A stretch of DNA of 64,000 nt from Octopus bimaculoides (Eukaryota): positions 81,718,005 through 81,782,004 of the forward strand of contig NC_068987.1 in assembly GCF_001194135.2 (NCBI RefSeq). The letters run 5' to 3'. The notes beneath the pieces were generated by a model. That model did no database searches, was not told where the DNA came from, and saw nothing but the letters and a program-made list of their open reading frames with translations. Positions 24,496 to 36,325 of this stretch are shown here, in pieces (the stretch's first letter is position 1; the number at the start of each line of letters is the position of its first letter). A program made the translations under genes and the position numbers.

Positions 24496-24860
24496 TTAAC
24501 ATCTGTATTTCATGCTGGCAGAGGTTGGATGGTTTCACAGGAGCTGGCAAGACGAAGAGCTGCACTAGGCTCCTGTCATCTCTTTTGGCATGGTTTCTAT
24601 GGCTGGATCCCCTTCCTAATGCCAACCACTCTACAGAGTGTACTGGGTGCTTTTCATGTGGTGCCAGTATGGCTGCTTTTTACATGATGCTGACACGGGT
24701 TCTTTTATACATGGTACCAGCACAAGTGCTTTTTTATGTGATGCAGGCACAGATGCTTTTTATGTGGCACCAGCACAGGTGTTCTTAACATGGTGCCAAC
24801 ATGGATGGTATTTGCAAGACACCAGCCATGCATGCTTATAATGTGGCACTGGCACAGGTA
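24465..24860 (-). mobile_element. RTE LINE 3' tail with expanded internal tandem repeats
   Basis: (CAT)n-TTTAACATCTGTATTTCATGCTGGCA...GGCTGGATCCCCTTCCTAATGCCAACC, followed by about 6 units of TGCTTTTTA(C/T)(A/G)TGG(C/T)ACCAGCAC. Confidence 0.75.
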
Positions 24861-25299
24861 CGTTTTTTTTTTGTAGCACCAGCAATAAAAACAAAATGCA
24901 AGACAAATGCAAAACAAATGCAAGCAAGTACCAAAATTGCATTTTATCGAACAGCTGTATAGGAACATATTTGAAAGGTAATCAGTACTAACGAGAACCT
25001 GCTAGAAAGATTCTTCATTTGTTTCTCTCCAGAATTAAAAGTTTGAATAACTTCTATCACTTGTTGTTTTATTTTAAATCATAGATGGATGAGATTGTAG
25101 AAAACACAGGATTGATAGTTTGAAAATATCTAATTCAATCCCTAGATTTAGGAAAAGCATCTATCTGTAAAATATGTCAGAAACTGTTCATGTAAGACAA
25201 CTAGATTTTCATATATATTCAGTTTTCTGCATTTGAAAAGAAAACAAATATAAGGCAAAAAAACAAAAACACAAATGTATTTCCAATTTTCCAATTCAG

Positions 25300-25352
25300 A
25301 TGATAGAAAAGGAATGCAGTATGTTTTAAAGTTTGATAAAAATCCATCTTCT
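25300..25352 (+). CDS. Candidate micro-exon (53 bp, phase 1 to 0)
   Basis: tatttccaattttccaattcAG|AT GAT AGA AAA GGA ATG CAG TAT GTT TTA AAG TTT GAT AAA AAT CCA TCT TCT|GTaagt encodes xDRKGMQYVLKFDKNPSS. Confidence 0.25.
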
Positions 25353-26012
25353 GTAAGTCAATTTGAATTCTGACTCAGTTTTATCCCATTTTTTATATCC
25401 TGTCTTTCTTTTTTACTAACTTTAGAACAGAATTGAAAATATCATAGTTTGCTTTTCAGCTTAAAATTCATACCAAATTTTGTCTCTTATTTCAATAATA
25501 ACAGATAATAACAAGCAATATTGCAGAGGCATAGAAATACTCAAGATGGTAAACAAGCTTGATATAATATGCATTGGTAGTGATATGCCCCTTAAAAATC
25601 TCAATCATAGAAGTAGATGGTTCAATGCATTAACATTGCAGTTGCAAATGTTACTTTGTGCATTCCATCTTCTATCTGAGCGAAGGTGCATGGTGTGGTG
25701 GTTAGCATGTGGCACTCATGATCGCAAGATCTTGGTATTGATTCTCAGACCAAGCAAGCAGTGCATTGTGTTCTTGAGAAAAACACTTTATTTCACGTTG
25801 TTCCACTCCACTGGCGACCCATTCAAGGGGAATGTTATCACCTCAGCCACTTATGCATCACGAAAACTGGATAACTGATCCTGAGTCCTAGGACTTGAGA
25901 CAATAATGTCCAAGGTTTGATGATGACAATGATGATGACGATGACGACGACGACGGTGGTGATGGTGACAGCAACTGTGATGATGACAGGCTTCTGTCTG
26001 TGATCAGCTTAA

Positions 26013-26233
26013 CCCTTTTGCTAGCATATTTCTGTTGAGATGCTCTGTGTTTCTTTCAATTAATTCTAAATATAACAAAGAATTTAGTAAAATAACTTAG
26101 TAATCATTAAGCTAGTGTTTGGAACATAAATTGGGACTAAGATTTGGTAGAAGATTTTAATTCTAAACTTATGAAAGCAAGACATTTGTACTCAGAGCCA
26201 GAGCCAGTTTCAGCCGGGTTGGTAACGAAAGGG
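26013..26233. mobile_element. piggyBac-type MITE (221 bp), TTAA TSD
   Basis: TTAA|CCCTTTTGCTAGC...GGTAACGAAAGGG|TTAA. Confidence 0.8.
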
Positions 26234-26345
26234 TTAAACATTCATTTTGTATTAGAGAAACTTTAGCAAAAGGTCATTTACAGTTGATGTACATTGTAAT
26301 AATAAGGGACATCGGCATTGATCTGTTTGGGCCTTGGATTCTCAC

Positions 26346-26486
26346 CTTCCCCAACATGTATTATTTTGTGTCTGACATGTTGTATCCCTGTGCACCACTT
26401 CAGATTACTCAATCAAGGAAAGATACTGGGGTCTGCTCCAATGAAATTTACTTCACTTAAAAGAAAATTTCTTGAGCAGGTTTTTC
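26346..26486 (-). pseudogene. Candidate symmetric exon (141 bp, phase 1-1) with one in-frame TGA
   Basis: gttacAG|AA AAA CCT...GGG GAA G|GTgaga encodes EKPAQENFLLSEVNFIGADPSIFP*LSNLKWCTGIQHVRHKIIHVGE, with TGA at 26415-26413. Confidence 0.3.
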
Positions 26487-27014
26487 TGTAACTACACTAT
26501 AACAAACTATAGTATTGTTCACAAATTACAATATAAAATAAAGTAAAGTTTTGAATTAAGAAAGCAAATAATTCCTGTTTTACCATAGTTTTGCATTTCA
26601 GCTGCTTTCCTATCAAAAGTTTTTTATTCTTCATCAAGCCAGACTAAACTCATCTTTGAAATAAAGTAATGGCTTCACAGTTGTTGTTGCAGATTTTTTT
26701 TATCACATTCAACAAAAATCCCACCTTGGCACCACATAAAGCCTTCTTATTGATTGATTGCTCCTTTGAGTAGTAACCACACTTAAAGATAAGAAGTAGA
26801 AGGGTTTGCAATTCTGATTTAACTGTCTAGCAGTTTATATTCTTAATTCACAAATACAAATGTATATATATGTATGTATATGTCTATATATATACATACT
26901 TATATATAATGTTGTACATGGTTGTTTTTCTTTATATTATGTCTTTCTGTGTTGATGGTTATGTTATTGTTACAATCATTCACAAATGCATGTGGCTGCA
27001 TATGTTCATGCCTC

Positions 27015-27056
<42 letters not shown>

Positions 27057-27129
27057 ACGATGCTGACATATGCATACTTACACAAATGTGCACATTTGTA
27101 TGTTTGGGTTACAAAGCTTACCCCACTTT

Positions 27130-27193
27130 CTCACTCACACACATTCACACACACATCCACACACACACACGCACACACACACGCACACACACG

Positions 27194-27227
<34 letters not shown>

Positions 27228-27235
27228 CACAAATT

Positions 27236-27299
<64 letters not shown>
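27130..27299. repeat. (CA)n microsatellite
   Basis: Directly visible. Confidence 0.95.
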
Positions 27300-27301
<2 letters not shown>

Positions 27302-27438
27302 ATTCGGCAAACCAACCAACTATAATTTTAGATTTCTCTTAGGAATACTTTTTTTTAAAGAACTACTAAAAGCTATGACCTATTAGACTGATGAAAGTAA
27401 AAAATAAAATAGAAAAATAGAAAAATAGAAAAACACCC

Positions 27439-27478
<40 letters not shown>

Positions 27479-29126
27479 ACATTAAACTCGGTAAATGTTA
27501 ATACTACCTTATATTCTGGAATGATATCATTGAAAATTATAAAGCTCTAAATGTTTAGTACAAGCTGAGAGAGACTGAGATTTCTGCTAGTTCTTCCTTT
27601 CTAGAGTGGAACCTGTTTTTTGTAAATTTCTACTTCTCTTCCTTCTTAGCCAGCTGCTAGCATATCAATCATAAAGCAAGTAGCTTCTTTTTACATGCTA
27701 GTCAATTCAGTTGAGGTTTTGTATAGTCGCAAAATACTGAAGAATGGTATATGCTCCTTCCTGTACATTTTTTTGTGTTTTAACACTTCAATGCTTCTTT
27801 GCTACTCTGTAAAGAAGTAAAAAAGCTACCACTTTCGGGGGAAAAAAAGAAAAACAAGATTGATCAGACTCTTTTAACTCTAAGAATTTCGAGGTTTCAT
27901 TTCTTATATGTTAAATCCAATAACAATTTTTATTTTTTTTTTTTAAATGGAAATCTTATAACTGCCTGAAATAGTCAAGTACTCAAATATTGTGTTATTT
28001 TTGTAGTGTACTAGGAAATTTTATCTTATTCTTTATACTGGTGGATATATAATAGATTATGATGGCAAGATAACTTACTTCTAATGTATGTTTGTACACT
28101 TAAGTATAAAACCAGGTTGTTTTCATACCAATGAATGGGCATTGTGACCTACTAGATATAGTAACCAAATCTCCTTTGTATCACACCTTACTTTCTTAAA
28201 AAGTAAAGGATTCATTGGGTAATGGAGTCTTAACTGAAACGTCTGGGGAAAAAAAGAAAAAAAAGTTTGTTCACAGATGGAATGTCTTTTGTCATAATCT
28301 GCTTAATCAGTCCTGATTAACATCCTAATTGAACAGATTATACTCAGTCAGGCCCCTGAAATGACTAGTTTGTTTTTCCTTTTTTCTTCATCATCATCAT
28401 CATCATCCTCATCTTCATTTAATGTCCACATTCCATGCTGTCATGGGTTGGATGGTCCGATAGGATTTAATAGGCCCAAGGACAGCATTGTGCTCCAGTG
28501 TCTCTTTCGGTTTGGTTTCCATGGTTGAATACTCTTCCTAACACCAACCACTTTACTGCCTGTTCTGGTTTCATTACACAATAATTTCTTACAAAGCCAC
28601 AAAGTTAGAAATTTTTGGTTAAGTTGCACTGTTAGTTAATTAAATTATCCCTACTTTTAGTCTGGTGTTTTATTTTATTGCCCTTGAAAGGACAAAATGC
28701 AAAGCTGGCCTGAACAGAATTTGAACTCTGATTGTAAAGACCTGAACAAATACCATAAGGTTTCTTTTTCCACAATCCAACACTCTCTTTTATTATATAA
28801 TAATAATGTAAGATGAAAATTAAACATTTGTTGCCTATACATATGATCAAAATATTGAAGAATTATTCATCATTGATCACGATCAAAAGACTTCATAAAT
28901 TATTTTTGAAAACAAAATGTGATTATTCTCATTAATAGTTCAACAATTTGAAAATGTAATAAGCTAATAAAAATAAAATGATTATTACTCAGTAAATTAA
29001 GAGTAGTTATTTTTAGCTGAAAACTAAGTAGATTCTGTGTCTATCCTTAGATACTGTCTCTGTGTATACATACATACATACATACATACATACGTACGTA
29101 TGTACATACATACATACATACATACA

Positions 29127-29154
<28 letters not shown>

Positions 29155-29157
<3 letters not shown>

Positions 29158-29580
29158 GCTGAACTATTGAGAAATCTGCAGTTACTCTATCCAGATTACA
29201 AGTTCAGGTTATTACCTGTAATTATTAGGGCCCTGGGATATGTAAAACACTGCCTAAATACCAATCTTGAGAATCTAGGCTTCTCAGAACCAGAAAGGAG
29301 AAAGCTAATTCAAAGACTACAGTTCCAATCCATTATTGGAACTGTAAAAATCTGTAAGACTTTACAGAAGTTTGTCATTTAAGTATACATGAGCATGTCT
29401 AGATATGCAACTATATGCATGAGAATACATACATAAAACAAAACATACAAATCTGCACACATACATACATACATACATTCCCTGTTGTTGATGTTGAAAT
29501 TGCAATGAAGGAGCTTTGAATCTAGGTTAGAAACCAGCTCTTTCTCTATTGGTAAGAAATCTTGAAATAAACTAAACAAT
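29155..29580 (+). mobile_element. 5'-truncated RLE-type (R4/Dong-like) non-LTR retrotransposon 3' end
   Basis: Uninterrupted YAELLRNLQLLYPDYKFRLLPVIIRALGYVKHCLNTNLENLGFSEPERRKLIQRLQFQSIIGTVKICKTLQKFVI* plus 3' UTR. Homologous to the C-terminus at about 39270-39483. Confidence 0.75.
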
Positions 29581-30556
29581 GACATACATGCATATCATCA
29601 TCATCATTTTACGTTTGCTATCCATGGTGTCATGTGTTGGACATGTTGTTTATTACTGACACCCTAGACAGATCAGAGGACCATGTCTCGCTTGTGTTTC
29701 ACTTCTGTCTTGGTTTCTGTGACTGATGTTCCTTCTATCACCGGCCACCTTACATAGTATATTAAATGCACTTTATCATGGTGGCAGCACTAAAGAGTTT
29801 CTGCTGTCCTTGACCAGACTAGAAGGCCCTCTCGACCCAATATTATCTACACTCACTAGCCAACCAGCCATAACCAGCACAAATATTCTGCCTTGTTTTA
29901 TGTTGAACCTGACCACATCTAGCCTCTCACACCTACCCAACAAACTCAGTCTAAGAATATACAAACTCACCATTGAAATATAGAAACTACAAGATAATGC
30001 TTGATTAATTTTTTTTAAATGAGGATAATTAAGCAAAATATTTGAATGCTGAAGGGTTAATGTTCCTTATTTGTCAAACTGCTTGGTAATATGCAACAAG
30101 CCTAAGCACAGATGTGGCCATACACACACAAATCCATGTACACACACATCCATACCCATATACATGGACTCTCTAAATAATTTCTCTCAAATAAATTGCA
30201 TTCAGATGGCCTTGGTTGTTCCAGCATTGTAGTAAAAAAAAATCTTGCTCCAGGTACCATGCAGCTGGACTAAACTGAAAATCACAGAACCTGACATTAA
30301 ATCCTGACACAGCTCAGCAGTCCATCGGATACTCTCGGAACATCCAATGTATGCCAGTTTGGAAAACAGATGTTAAATGATGATGATGATGATGATGATG
30401 AAGATGGTGGCTATGGCCACGATGATGATGATGGTGTTGGTGGTGTAGTTTAAAAGCACATTTTTTGTTTTTACCTCCCACCAGGCATATGCTTATATAT
30501 ATATATTTATTAAATACACAAGCACATACACATACGCACACACACAGCAAGAGACA

Positions 30557-30606
<50 letters not shown>

Positions 30607-30768
30607 CACACACAACATCCAACAAAATTAGATTCTAAGTTTTATTGTGGAAGCTATTATATATTTTATTGTGTTATAATACTCTGCGGTTTTATAACAC
30701 TCTCCCATATTGATTACTATATAACTTGGTGGCTTATCTGTAAATCATTACAAAGGAACTATGAGTAT

Positions 30769-30804
<36 letters not shown>

Positions 30805-30886
30805 TATATATACATATGTGCGTGTGTGTTTACATATATATATGTGTCTGTGTTTAGGTATGTATAAATATATATATATATGGGTG

Positions 30887-30941
<55 letters not shown>

Positions 30942-30963
30942 ACATATATATGTATGTGTGTGT

Positions 30964-30996
<33 letters not shown>

Positions 30997-31377
30997 CATA
31001 CACACACACATATATGTGTGTGTGGGGTGGTGTTTGTACATGATTAAGCTATGAACAAGCTAAAAGAGAACTCAATACCAGGTATATCAAATAGCCAGTC
31101 TGTTTGTAATAAAGCTATTTGACATTTCTTGACATCAAGTTTCATGCTGTTAGGGTATCCCCAAGGAAACCTTTAGGTAATCATTAGACAGAAAGGCAGT
31201 AATAGAACAACTGCTAACTCCTCACAGTGGACTTCACTAATGGGGATTGCAGTCTATTTATATACTTCTCGCGTTCTGGAAGATGACGTTTTTCTGGTCT
31301 ACTTACAGTTACTGCTTACGCACACATGCTATACATGTTCATACACCCACACAAACACACACACACACACACGTACA

Positions 31378-31415
<38 letters not shown>

Positions 31416-31606
31416 GAGAGAGAGAGAGATGAATATACTTGCATACAACCACTGATCTCTCTCTATATATATATGTGTGTGTGTATACACCTACATACTT
31501 GAATATTTATATTCACACACACATATATGCCCACATATATACATATGCATGATATATGTGTTTGTGTGTGTACTTGTATTTAAACATTCTTTTGTATGCA
31601 CATGTA

Positions 31607-32846
31607 CGAGGTCTGATCAATAAGTATCCGGACTGGTGCTAAAAAAAACAAAACTACAACACATACCAATTTGGCATTTAATCTCCTTCAAAGTAGTCCT
31701 GTTCGGAAGCCACACACTTAATCCAGTGCTGTGTCCATTGATGGGGCCATTTCCGGATCTCGTTTTCTCGGACAATCATCAGCTGCCTTGTCGTATTTAC
31801 TCAACACCCTGAAATCTTCTTCCTTTCAAGTGAGATGTGACTTTTGGAAAGAGGAAAAAGTTGCAAGGGGCAAGACCTGGGAAATATGGTGGCTGTCAGA
31901 CCTGGAGAATGCTGTGCCTGGCCAAAGACTGTTGTTGATTGAGCAGGTGCATTGTCACTCATCAGACGCATACATTTGTGGCCTTTTCTGATGAATAGCA
32001 TCTCATAAAACATCACGGTAGTATAATTTGTTTACTGTCTGACCAGGTGGAGCACATGTATGATGAGCAATCCCCTTGTAGTCAGAGAAAATGGTCAGTA
32101 ATGTCTTCCTATTGCTTTGACTCATTCATGCTTTCTTTGGTCTCGGAGAAGTTGGGGTCTTCCACTGCGAAGACAGGTCCTTTGCTTCAGGGTCATAGCC
32201 ATAGACCCACGATTCATTACCCGTTATGACTGAATTCACAATTTGTCATCGTTCTCAACACAATCAAGGAGATCTTGTGTAACTGAAACCTAAGTGTCTT
32301 TTTGGTCAGCTGAAAGTAGTTTTGGCACAAACTTGGTTCACACATGTCTCATACCCAAATCTTCAAGGATAATGGACTGAACTGAATCATAACTAACCTG
32401 CACCTCCTCTGATAACTCACAGATGATGATTCGATGATTTTCCCTCACAGCTGCACGCACATCTCTGATGTTTTTCTCAGTTCTTCTGGTTGCAGGTCTC
32501 CCAGAATGTTGGCCATCTGGGAAACATATGAACCACTTGTGTGCAGCTCATATACTCCTCTCCATACACTTTCTTCAACTTTGCATAGGCCCCTGAGCAG
32601 GTATCGCCCAGCTTTTGGCAAAATTTGATGGAGATTTTCTGCTCAACTTTCTGTCATGGTCAATGTGACGATCACGTGCCACACACGTTACAGCACTGCT
32701 GTAAATAGCAGAAGTGAGCTAGAATGTTAAAACTTATTGCCCATGCACAACAGAGTTTAAGGTCAATCTGTACTAAGTGGCTTTACTCTGTGTGCCTTAG
32801 CTCCATTACTATGGCAACTGTCTGGATACTTATTGATCAGACTGTG
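31607..32846 (-). mobile_element. mariner element (1240 bp) with TIRs and TA TSD; transposase pseudogene about 32657-31678
   Basis: TA|CGAGGTCTGATCAATAAGTATCCGGACT...TCTGGATACTTATTGATCAGACTGTG|TA. Translation includes ISIKFCQKLGDTCSGAYAKLKKVYGEE, PHISQVLPLATFSSF (frameshifted PYSPDLAP.FFLF region) and WIKCVASEQDYFEGD*. Confidence 0.9.
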
Positions 32847-32949
32847 TACATACTTAAATGTTTATATTCCCACACGCTTATGTACAGATGTGTACACACT
32901 CTCATACACATATAGTTATATGTATGTGTGGGTTAGATGTGAGTATGTA

Positions 32950-32981
<32 letters not shown>

Positions 32982-33269
32982 CATGTTATGGTACTTTCTA
33001 TGGCAAGATCTAAGAATCTAAAATCTGGATATTAGTGTGTCTAAAATCTGGATATTAGCATCCTTGCAGTAGAGATTGGTTGTGATATTTTCATTTACCT
33101 TAATTTTCATCTTTCACATATTAAGAGAAACATTCTGTTTCATCATCATCATTATCATCATCATCATCGTTTAACGTCCGCTTTCCATGCTGGCATGGGT
33201 TGGATGGTTTGACTGAGGACTGGTGAGCCAGAGGCTGCACCAAGCTCAATCTGATCTGGCTTAATATTG

Positions 33270-33900
33270 CAAAACTTATATGTTGAGTAGTTATGGACAC
33301 ATATTGATGAGAAAGAGATGACTGGTAAAACACAATCCTGAAAAATGTTGTAAGCCGTACCATAACCATAACAAAAGAGACCCCAGTTTTTGTTTTACAG
33401 AGAAATCATCACAATGAGGGAGAAGACAAAAACATAAATATTGCATTTGTAGTCATCCATAATTCTAGAAACCACAACTGCTTACATTCAGCCAAATGTA
33501 CCTTCCAATCCTACACCAATTGTCCAAATCTCAGAAAAATAACTGAAGAATTAGAAATTATCAATAGTCAAAGACAACTACCAAATCTTAAAAGAGTCTT
33601 AACAAAAGTGAAATTCACATTGGAAGAAGAAATAGTGTCAGTAACAAAATGCGGGTCATTGTGAAATTTTAAGATAATTGACAGGAAACAACCGAAAGAT
33701 TCAAGAATGAGAAGGTTTCGATGATTAACAAAAAATTGATTGGCAAAACAAGAAATTTCATTTGCTACATGAGATGCTTTCAATGCAATGAGAATTATAT
33801 CAACCAAATGGGATCAAAATGAACACATCAGGTTAGGGTACATACGCAACGACTCAAAGATTTATTTCTTAGAAATGTTCCATATAGTTCAAAATATTCA
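33270..33900 (+). mobile_element. Penelope-like element C-terminal/GIY-YIG region, degenerate
   Basis: IAFVVIHNSRN...LEIINSQRQLPNLKRVLTKVKF...SVTKCG...CYMRCFQCNENYINQMG...IRVH. Confidence 0.62.
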
Positions 33901-35345
33901 TTTCTTTTCAAAATAAAGGAAGAAAGTGATCAATTATGAAAGGCAAAAGAATATTTTATAAGAATTCTAAATCTGATACTAAACTGGAAATAGTCAACTC
34001 AACTATTAGCAACAAATTCCTCTCTACAGATTTTTCCGTAACACATGTGTTTTAAAAGCTGTTAAGTACTTATGCAATATGAAAACTTCCATCCAAAAGA
34101 TTTGTCATTCTGTTTTGTTTTTTTAATATTCTCTCTTTTACTTTTTTACTTGTTTCAGTATTTTACCGTAGCCATGCTGGAGCATCGCCTTAAGCGTAAT
34201 TGATAATTTTTTCATAAAACAAAATCATTTTTCAAATATATATTGTTTTTTTCTGTGTGTGTGTGTCTGTGTCTGTGTGTGTGTGTGTGTGTGTGTGAAT
34301 GTGTGTGTGTGTGTGCATGTGTGTGCATGTGTGTGTGTGTACGTGCGTTTGTGTGTGTGTGACCGTGAATGTGTGCTTGCATGTGTGTGTATGTGTAAGG
34401 GTGTGTTTGGATGTGTGCATCTGTTTGTGTGTATGAGTGTTTACACAAAGGCTCTGTCTAACAAGTACCATTCTTTAGATATTGTTGGGTCCAAGTCCAT
34501 CGTGGAAGACACTTATTCAAGGTGCTATGCAATGGCATTGCACTTTTTAGCCATGCTTCCATGACTGTACCTTTAGCTTTCACCTCATCGAATCAGTCTT
34601 CCTTGGCCATTTGAGCCCTTTGCAGAAGCATTGACATACAAGTATAGGATAGAGAAAGTCCATATGAAAACATGGATGATCTGACTATATCCTGAGAGAT
34701 TTAGCTTATACTGTGTTGCAGCCTGGTAAATTTGAATGAAGTGTAGAAATGCATGGTTATTCAGTGTGCCAGTTAGCATTGATAACATGTTACTCATGAG
34801 GGAAATAATGATGATGATGATGGTGGTGCTGGTAGTGGTGGTGCTGGTGGTGGTGGTGCTGGTGGTGGTGGTGCTGGTGGTGATGATGTCGTTGTTGTTG
34901 TTGTTATTGTTGTACAGATGTCATCCTACAAAGGTTCCATGCAAAATCCTTTCTAGAATCTATTTTATTTTCCACACTGATAAGTTAGCAGTATTTCTGT
35001 TATGATTCTCATAAACATTAACGTTTGACAAATATAGCATTTGTTATCTGTATACGAAGGATACATGTTTATATAGCTGTATAATCTGGAAATAATGTTG
35101 AAAGAATCTTTCTTCCTTTTTTGCTTTTTTTTGCTTTTTTCGCCACACTTCTTCATACATTACTTTGCTAGACTTGAAGAAATCAACCACAGTTTTGTAA
35201 TTTTGCTGCTTACATACAATGTAAAAAGTGGCTGAATACACATGCTTTTTTGTTTTCTTCTCAGATAAACACTTTTGACTCTGAGCCAAAATGTATGTAA
35301 CTGTATGCAGAGATCATCCACTCAACATTTCTTTCAAGAACATAC

Positions 35346-35412
35346 CAGTTTCTTGTGGAGCTAAATTTGAATAGCTCCTCTCATCTAGTAAATGTTCTTC
35401 CTTTTGTACATA
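35346..35412 (-). CDS. Candidate internal exon (67 bp, phase 0 to 1)
   Basis: ctttttgccacacttttaaaAG|TAT...ACT G|GTatgt. Only one frame is open: YVQKEEHLLDERSYSNLAPQET. Confidence 0.3.
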
Positions 35413-35589
35413 CTTTTAAAAGTGTGGCAAAAAGAAAAGGATTTTTTTTCTTTTTGTTGAAATACGCCTTCCATCTGCTTTGATGACAAGTGTTCCTGTC
35501 ATCAATCAACTGATCCATCATCTCACTGAATTATTGTATAAATGGCTGAGTATCCCTTAGAAATTTTTTTAATAATTTTTTTTTTTATC

Positions 35590-35799
35590 TTTTACTTGTT
35601 TCAGTCATAGGATTATGGCCATGCTGGGGCACTGCCTAGAAGGGTTTAATTGAGTAAATCGACCCCAGTATTTATCTTTTGCCAAACTAAGTTAGAGGAT
35701 GTAATCAAACTAACACTGGTTGTCAAGTAGTAGTGGCAAACACAACACAAACACAAAGACAAATATACACAGATACGCACACATACATATATGTATACT

Positions 35800-35846
<47 letters not shown>

Positions 35847-36095
35847 ACACACTTACTCACACATGCATACATGCACATGTGCACACACACACACCCTCAC
35901 ACACCTATGCATACACAGATACACACATGCACACACACACACACACACACATATGTGATGGGCTTCTTTCAGTCTCCATCTACCAAATCTCCTTGGAAGG
36001 CCTTGGTCAGCCCAGGGCTATTATTGAAGGCACTTACCCAAGGTGCCACACAATGGGCCTGAACCCAACCAAGCTTCTCAACCGCACACCTGTGT
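35590..36095 (-). mobile_element. SINE family A, older copy with long internal microsatellite
   Basis: TTTACTTGTTTCAGTCAT...GGCCATGCTGGGGCAC tail and GGGCTTCTTTCAGTCTCCATCTACCAAATC...CCCAAGGTGCCAC head. Confidence 0.75.
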
Positions 36096-36106
36096 CTACT
36101 GTCAAC

Positions 36107-36325
36107 AGGCAGTGAGCTGGAAGAAACATTAGCATGCCGGGTGAAATGCTTAGCAGTATTTTGTCTGTCTTTACGTTCTGAGTTCAAATTCCGCTGAGGT
36201 CGACTTTGCCTTTCATCCTCTTGGGGTTGATAAATTAAGTACCAGTTGCGTACTGGGGTAGATCCAATCGACTGCCCCCCCTCCCCAAAATTTCGGGCCT
36301 TGTGCCTTAGAGTAGAAAAGAGTAT
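36107..36325 (+). mobile_element. tRNA-derived SINE family B
   Basis: AGGCAGTGAGCTGGAAGAAACATTAGCATGCCGGGTGAAATGC...GAGTTCAAATTCCGCTGAGGTCGACTTTGCC...AGTAGAAAAG. Confidence 0.85.

Noticed and set aside
24640-24830. Short repeats with variable intervening bases resembling a CRISPR array (also 62930-63070)
   Set aside because: The units are degenerate tandem repeats without unique spacers, lie inside the RTE 3' UTR, occur in eukaryotic DNA, and have no cas genes nearby.
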